From positions 1 through 30,443 of IMG/VR virus record IMGVR_UViG_3300038673_000438: DNA of 30,443 nt. One strand, written 5' to 3'. A program made the translations under genes and the position numbers. This DNA is from a virus (lineage: Duplodnaviria; Caudoviricetes). The notes under the pieces are model-generated. The model worked only from the letters and a program-made list of their open reading frames with translations, had not been told where the DNA came from and ran no database searches. Shown in pieces: positions 25,493 to 30,443 of this stretch (within the stretch, counting starts at the first letter, position 1; the number at the start of each line of letters is the position of its first letter).

Positions 25493-26886
25493 ATTTTAAT
25501 TTAAATGTACAGATTTTTGGACAATTAAAACCATATTCACCTACAATTTCTCTCGCGCGCGTCCGAATTTTATATAAGGGTAGAAATAGAAACTCTACTT
25601 TTATAACAGATGAGTTCGCTGATAAACTTTTATCTAGTTTATCTTATACTCCTGTTAAGGGAATTTATGAGGTAGATGATTTTACTGATCACGGTAAAAA
25701 GCGTACAGAGGGTCGTATTTATGGAATTGTTCCAGAAAATCCGAATCTAACCTGGGAAAAACATGAAGATGAAGACGGAGTAATTCGTACATATGCTTGC
25801 GCGGATGTACTTTTATTTACAGCTTTATACCCTGAAGCTTCAGAGATTCCAGGAAAATCACAGTCCATGGAAATGTATGTAAAATCAATTAAAGGCGACT
25901 GGCAAATTATTGATAAAAGCCGTGTATTTGTTTATACGGATGGATGTTTTCTTGGATTACAAGCATTAGGAGATAAGGTTACTCCTTGTTTTGAAGGAGC
26001 AGAATTTTTCTCTTATTACACAAATCTTAAAAATTTATTAGAAAACTTAGAGGGAGGAGAAAAAATGGCACTTAACTTTAAGCTATCTGATAGTAAGAAA
26101 CATGACATGTTGTTTACTTTAATTAATCCTAATTATACTTCAGAAGGAAATTGGGAAGTTACATGTAGTATTTGTGATATTTATGATGAATATGCACTAT
26201 GCTATGATTATGAACAACAGGGTTTTTGTAGAGTTTATTATCAGAAAGATGATGAGAAAGATACCGTCGCCCTTGGCGAAAAAAGAAAATGTTTTATTGT
26301 TGATGTTACCGAAGGGGAATATGAAGCATTAAACATGTTAAAAGTAGCTAATGGTGGGGACTTTACAAAAGTTGATGAAGTTTTTACTACTGCAAATTCT
26401 AAAATTGAAACACTTACTAATGATTTAAGTGCAAAAGAAAGTGAATTACAGGGAAAAATCACTGACTATGACACCAAAGTTACAGAATTAGAAATTGCAA
26501 ATACAACTATTTCTGAACGTGATGTTACTATTGCATCCTTACAAGAAACTGTAAGTACAATTGCGGAAAAAGATAGTCAAATCGAAGCTTTAACTGGAGA
26601 GCTTTCTACTTTAAAAGACTATAAATTAGAACAAGAACAAGGACAAAAAGAAGCTGTAATTGAAAAATATACAGAAATTCTTGATGAAGAAACTATTAAA
26701 ACCTTTTCTGAAAATCTAGATAAATATAGTGTTATTGAATTAAAGAAAGAATTAGCATTTAGCGCTTCAGAAAAAAATCCTAGTATATTTAGTAAAAAAC
26801 CAGATGATCCTGGCTATATCCCAACAGATGGAGCCGATAAACATTCTGGTGCAACAAAACTTTTAATGAAACACAAAAAGAAATAA
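25489..26886 (+). CDS. prohead protease/scaffold protein
   Basis: N-terminal NRNSTFI...H...KSQSME...FLGLQALG..V.PCFEGA protease-like domain followed by an acidic coiled coil. Confidence 0.75.
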   Translation: MNFNLNVQIFGQLKPYSPTISLARVRILYKGRNRNSTFITDEFADKLLSSLSYTPVKGIYEVDDFTDHGKKRTEGRIYGIVPENPNLTWEKHEDEDGVIRTYACADVLLFTALYPEASEIPGKSQSMEMYVKSIKGDWQIIDKSRVFVYTDGCFLGLQALGDKVTPCFEGAEFFSYYTNLKNLLENLEGGEKMALNFKLSDSKKHDMLFTLINPNYTSEGNWEVTCSICDIYDEYALCYDYEQQGFCRVYYQKDDEKDTVALGEKRKCFIVDVTEGEYEALNMLKVANGGDFTKVDEVFTTANSKIETLTNDLSAKESELQGKITDYDTKVTELEIANTTISERDVTIASLQETVSTIAEKDSQIEALTGELSTLKDYKLEQEQGQKEAVIEKYTEILDEETIKTFSENLDKYSVIELKKELAFSASEKNPSIFSKKPDDPGYIPTDGADKHSGATKLLMKHKKK

Positions 26887-26904
26887 TTTATGGAGGAATA
26901 AATA

Positions 26905-27465
26905 ATGGCTAATGCGAGATTTTTCAATTCAGCTAGTTATGGCCAATTTGAGCCTCATAACTGTGCATTTATGCGCGATGGTCGTATCGAAGCACAATGT
27001 TCTGTAGGTTCAGCTTTCTCAAGTGACCTTCCATTAGAGAATGGTATGCTTGTGGCAGTTGATAAGGTAGCTGGAGAAATTGATTTAGCGGACGTAACTG
27101 AAGTTCGTCCTATTGGTATTGTATATACCGCTGAAAAGATCTATGATCAATTCAATCCTGGTCTTAAGAACTTCAAAATGATAGATTCAACTGGATTCTA
27201 TCCACGTATTGGATATTTATCTGTTGGTGATAAATTTTCAACAAACTGCATTGCTGCTGATACAACAGTTTATGCAACAGAGACAGCACTTATTAGTGCA
27301 TTAGAAGCAGTAGCTTCAACTAAAATGTATGGAACATATACTACAGATTTAGGTGCTATTGCTGTATCAACAACAAAACCAACTGCAGGACCAGTTCTTT
27401 CAGTGGTTAAGAAAACAACTTTAGCTGATGGTAATGTTGCTGTCAAGTTTATTGTAGTAGGTTAA
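26905..27465 (+). CDS. head decoration/capsid-associated structural protein
   Basis: Position between scaffold and major capsid gene; LENGM...GDKFSTN motifs; strong RBS. Confidence 0.65.
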   Translation: MANARFFNSASYGQFEPHNCAFMRDGRIEAQCSVGSAFSSDLPLENGMLVAVDKVAGEIDLADVTEVRPIGIVYTAEKIYDQFNPGLKNFKMIDSTGFYPRIGYLSVGDKFSTNCIAADTTVYATETALISALEAVASTKMYGTYTTDLGAIAVSTTKPTAGPVLSVVKKTTLADGNVAVKFIVVG

Positions 27466-27478
27466 GGAGGATATAACA

Positions 27479-28495
27479 ATGACTGAATTAAAAGCTCTAA
27501 AAGATCTTGCCTTACATGCTGCTAAGGGGACAGTTCCTGCTGATTCAACAGAATTATTTACTGTTGTAGATGTAAACGATAGTTTACGTGAAGAATTAGC
27601 GGCTTTAGCAGGAAGTTATGATCTTTATCGTAGAAATAAGTTAGATATCTTTGAAATTATCCAATCTGTAGCAGATGAAATTGTGCCTAATAAAGTTCTT
27701 AGCATTATGGGCCAATTTGCCGAAGTTTCAAGCGTTCCAAATGGCGTTCGTAAGTCATTCAAAAAGAAAGTTGGAAAAACTCGTGCAAAACAATTTATCA
27801 CTCGTGTTGGTGTAGCTGGTGTATACGAGACATTCCGTCTTGATTCAACAACTTACGATGTATATCCAAAAGCATACGGTGGAGCTGCATATATTGACTT
27901 TGAACGCTTTATTAGCGGTGATGAAAATATTGCAGACTACATGGATGTTATTGTTGAAGGTTTAAGTGATAAAGTATTTGAAGAAGTGCAATCTGCTTTA
28001 CAGGCTTCTGTATCAGTTTCACGTCCAGCAAATACTGTATATTCAAACACTTATGATGCTTCTCAGTTATTTAGTCTATGTAATACTGTTCGTGCTTATG
28101 GTACAGGAGCAGTTATCTTTGCTTCTTCTGAATTTGTAGCTTCAATGGGTGTAGATGCTGTAACTGTTGGTGCAACAAATTGGACACATGCTAAAGATAT
28201 GGAAGATATTCATGATACTGGTTTCGTAACAGTATTCCGTGGAAATCCTATTGTTCGTTTACCTCAATCATTTACTGATGAAACAAATGCAACAAAAGTG
28301 ATTAGCCCAGACTATGCTTATATTTTCCCAACAGGCGGAGAGAAAGTTGTCAAAATTGTTTTCGAAGGAGACACTATTGTTGACGATTATCAAAACCGTG
28401 ATAAAAGTATGGAGATTCAAGCTTACAAGAAATTTGGTGTAGCTATTCATACATATTATAACTGGGCTGTATATTATAATGCAGCACTTTCCTAA
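27479..28495 (+). CDS. major capsid protein
   Basis: 338 aa, strong RBS, biased codon usage, position in head module, followed by a terminator-like hairpin. Confidence 0.8.
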   Translation: MTELKALKDLALHAAKGTVPADSTELFTVVDVNDSLREELAALAGSYDLYRRNKLDIFEIIQSVADEIVPNKVLSIMGQFAEVSSVPNGVRKSFKKKVGKTRAKQFITRVGVAGVYETFRLDSTTYDVYPKAYGGAAYIDFERFISGDENIADYMDVIVEGLSDKVFEEVQSALQASVSVSRPANTVYSNTYDASQLFSLCNTVRAYGTGAVIFASSEFVASMGVDAVTVGATNWTHAKDMEDIHDTGFVTVFRGNPIVRLPQSFTDETNATKVISPDYAYIFPTGGEKVVKIVFEGDTIVDDYQNRDKSMEIQAYKKFGVAIHTYYNWAVYYNAALS

Positions 28496-28517
28496 TTAAT
28501 ATAATCTTAGTTATTAT

Positions 28518-28538
28518 GGGGAGGGTTACTCCCTCCCC
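28518..28538 (+). terminator. hairpin after the major capsid gene
   Basis: GGGAGGG-TTACT-CCCTCCC. Confidence 0.55.
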
Positions 28539-28569
28539 AATATTTATATATGAGTAAAAGGAGAAAAAA

Positions 28570-29061
28570 ATGAAAGATACTTACAAAGCTAGCGTAACAA
28601 ATAATTTAAAAACCCCTATTTTTATAGCTTTACCTGATGTTAGATTTAAACGTACATGGCCAGGTGAGTCTACTTATAAAATTCCTCTAGAAATATTGCG
28701 TGAAGCAGTATATGATCATGGTTTTATGACTTTTCTTGAAAAGGGAATTATGAGTATAGATGAAAAAGAAGTTAGAGTAGAATTGGGTTTAGAAGAACAA
28801 GATGGAGAATCAATTTTTAAAACTTACAATAGATCTCAATTAATAAAACTATTAAAGGTAGATACTCTTGAAGATTTAAAAGAAGCTATAGGAACAATGT
28901 CAAGAGAGCAGTTATCATTTCTAGCTGAAATTGCCATTGATCAAAAAATTGGTGATATGAATAAAGCTGAAGCTATTAAAAAAGTTTCAGGTATTGATAT
29001 AATCAAAGGTATTCAATTAAAAATGCAAAATGAGGAAAATGACGAAAAAGAAGGAGAGTGA
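28570..29061 (+). CDS. hypothetical protein of the head module
   Basis: RBS AAGGAG, 163 aa. Confidence 0.8.
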   Translation: MKDTYKASVTNNLKTPIFIALPDVRFKRTWPGESTYKIPLEILREAVYDHGFMTFLEKGIMSIDEKEVRVELGLEEQDGESIFKTYNRSQLIKLLKVDTLEDLKEAIGTMSREQLSFLAEIAIDQKIGDMNKAEAIKKVSGIDIIKGIQLKMQNEENDEKEGE

Positions 29062-29066
29062 TTTTA

Positions 29067-29513
29067 ATGGCATTAACTCCTTACCAAACCGTTTATGATG
29101 CTTTTCTTGCTAAAGTAACCGATGATGATTGGACTTCTATGGATGATATTGATACCGCTAGAGCAGACTGGAAATCTATTTTAGATAGCGCTATTCCTTA
29201 TATTAAATTTCCAAGAGTAAGTTTTACACAGGATTCAGATGGTTTTATAAATCAACTTGGGGATTCAGAAATACAATTACTTGCAACTTATATGAAAGTA
29301 GAATGGTTAGATAGAACTATTCTTACTTGGGAAAATGTAAAAGCTCAATATGCAGAATCTGATTTTTCTCAGGCAAATTATTTAGATAAGCTAAATGCTA
29401 CACTTAAAAGTACTAGCACAAAAGCTGATAAATTACAGCATATATACTATCGTTCTATAGATGGGCGCCCATATCCATATAGCATTTTAGCTGGTGGTGA
29501 TCAATATGCCTAA
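29067..29513 (+). CDS. putative head-tail adaptor
   Basis: TPYQTVYDAFLAKVTD...EIQLLATYMKVEWL...DFSQAN; position after capsid genes. Confidence 0.6.
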   Translation: MALTPYQTVYDAFLAKVTDDDWTSMDDIDTARADWKSILDSAIPYIKFPRVSFTQDSDGFINQLGDSEIQLLATYMKVEWLDRTILTWENVKAQYAESDFSQANYLDKLNATLKSTSTKADKLQHIYYRSIDGRPYPYSILAGGDQYA

Positions 29514-29781
29514 TTCAGTTTCGATAGAAGTAAATGAAGCTTATTTAAATAAATTAAAAGGAAAATTATTTGGTTTATTAAAAGAGCGTGAAAAGAACAG
29601 AGAATGGGAAAAATTTCTTGATAATATTTTTATTGAGTTACTAGATTTTCCAGAAGAAAATCGTACTATTAACTATGAGATATTAATGAGAAAACTAGGC
29701 GCGTGTCGCTATTTAAGATTTAGCTATTTTAGAACTACTATTTTGGAGTGTATGAATTTAATAGGTACGTTGGAGGGATAA
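29506..29781 (+). CDS. hypothetical protein
   Basis: RBS GGTGG before ATG 29506, overlapping the previous stop. Confidence 0.7.
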   Translation: MPNSVSIEVNEAYLNKLKGKLFGLLKEREKNREWEKFLDNIFIELLDFPEENRTINYEILMRKLGACRYLRFSYFRTTILECMNLIGTLEG

Positions 29782-29787
29782 AATATT

Positions 29788-30443
29788 ATGTCATATTTTG
29801 AAGATGTTTATTTAGCACGTATTAATTTAAATGGAACTACACGACAAGAAAGAACTCTAACACAAAAAGAAAAACAATTTGAAGTTTTTTTAAATAAAAC
29901 AAATTATAGAGTTAGCTTCATTATTGGATTAGTTACTTATTATGGATCTTTACAACCTGCGAAAGGTGATGAAAAGGATATTATAAGTTACTTATTAGTT
30001 CCTAAAACGATTTCTTTTAGTACTGGAGCTATTGTTGAAACGACTGATCTTTATAATAATACAAAAAAGTGGTTAGTGACTTTTTTTGAAGATAATTTAG
30101 CGCGCGGATATAATAGATATAAGGTATATCTATTAGATAGAACACTAACATGGTGGGATAAAAACAAAACTGAACATACTTCTTATGTAAATCTTTCAAG
30201 TTCTAAAGATGGGACTGTTGTTGATATTTTTAGAAATATTGGAGTTACTAATTATAGAGAAGGACACAATTTTGTTAATATTATTATGTCTTATGATAGT
30301 AATATCAAAGAAGAATATTATTGTTCTATAGATAATAGTTCACGTTCTTTTGTTGTATCAGGTTTTGATTGTGAAACAGTGCCTGGAGTACAATATTTAA
30401 CATTAAGTATAGTGACTACTAGAGATGAAGATAATATTACTGC
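29788..30443 (+). CDS. putative head-completion/neck protein (partial, runs off the window)
   Basis: RBS GGAGG; frame open from MSYFEDVYLARIN to the window end. Confidence 0.7.
   Translation, partial: MSYFEDVYLARINLNGTTRQERTLTQKEKQFEVFLNKTNYRVSFIIGLVTYYGSLQPAKGDEKDIISYLLVPKTISFSTGAIVETTDLYNNTKKWLVTFFEDNLARGYNRYKVYLLDRTLTWWDKNKTEHTSYVNLSSSKDGTVVDIFRNIGVTNYREGHNFVNIIMSYDSNIKEEYYCSIDNSSRSFVVSGFDCETVPGVQYLTLSIVTTRDEDNIT

Noticed and set aside
1965-28450. Antisense or overlapping track ORFs (e.g. 1965-2156, 2975-3220, 3836-4114, 4585-4773, 4719-4910, 4925-5176, 5325-5537, 8477-8872, 9441-9767, 9798-10004, 9992-10192, 15174-15356, 15704-15919, 15708-15989, 16427-16639, 16726-16917, 17136-17399, 17302-17547, 18431-18631, 19822-20013, 22215-22409, 26241-26462, 28268-28450)
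   Set aside because: Shadows of better-supported genes or RNAs; no RBS, and several run through promoters or palindromes.

Overview
AT-rich segment of a large tailed dsDNA phage, probably infecting a spore-forming Firmicute (Clostridia-like; inferred from sigmaA promoters, SpoVT/AbrB homologues and a head module organised like that of SPbeta/c-st-type phages). There are four zones. (i) 1-3400: small accessory genes. (ii) 3400-5830: a largely non-coding control region with a 20-bp tandem repeat, an AT-rich inverted-repeat element and a ~550-nt promoter-driven, highly structured candidate ncRNA. (iii) 5836-17920: an array of ~24 self-contained units (promoter-RBS-gene or RNA-terminator) delimited by 25 copies of the palindrome TTAGACGT-N3-ACGTCTAA. 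One unit is inverted, two carry only structured RNA, and a PD-(D/E)xK-like gene with a half-site in its own promoter heads the array. (iv) 18300-30443: packaging/head module with terminase large subunit split by a group I intron encoding a GIY-YIG endonuclease, portal, prohead protease/scaffold, decoration protein, major capsid protein and head-completion genes. Several reading frames carry in-frame stops or frameshifts, including two TGA codons where Trp would be expected. All calls were made by eye; no searches or folding programs were run.
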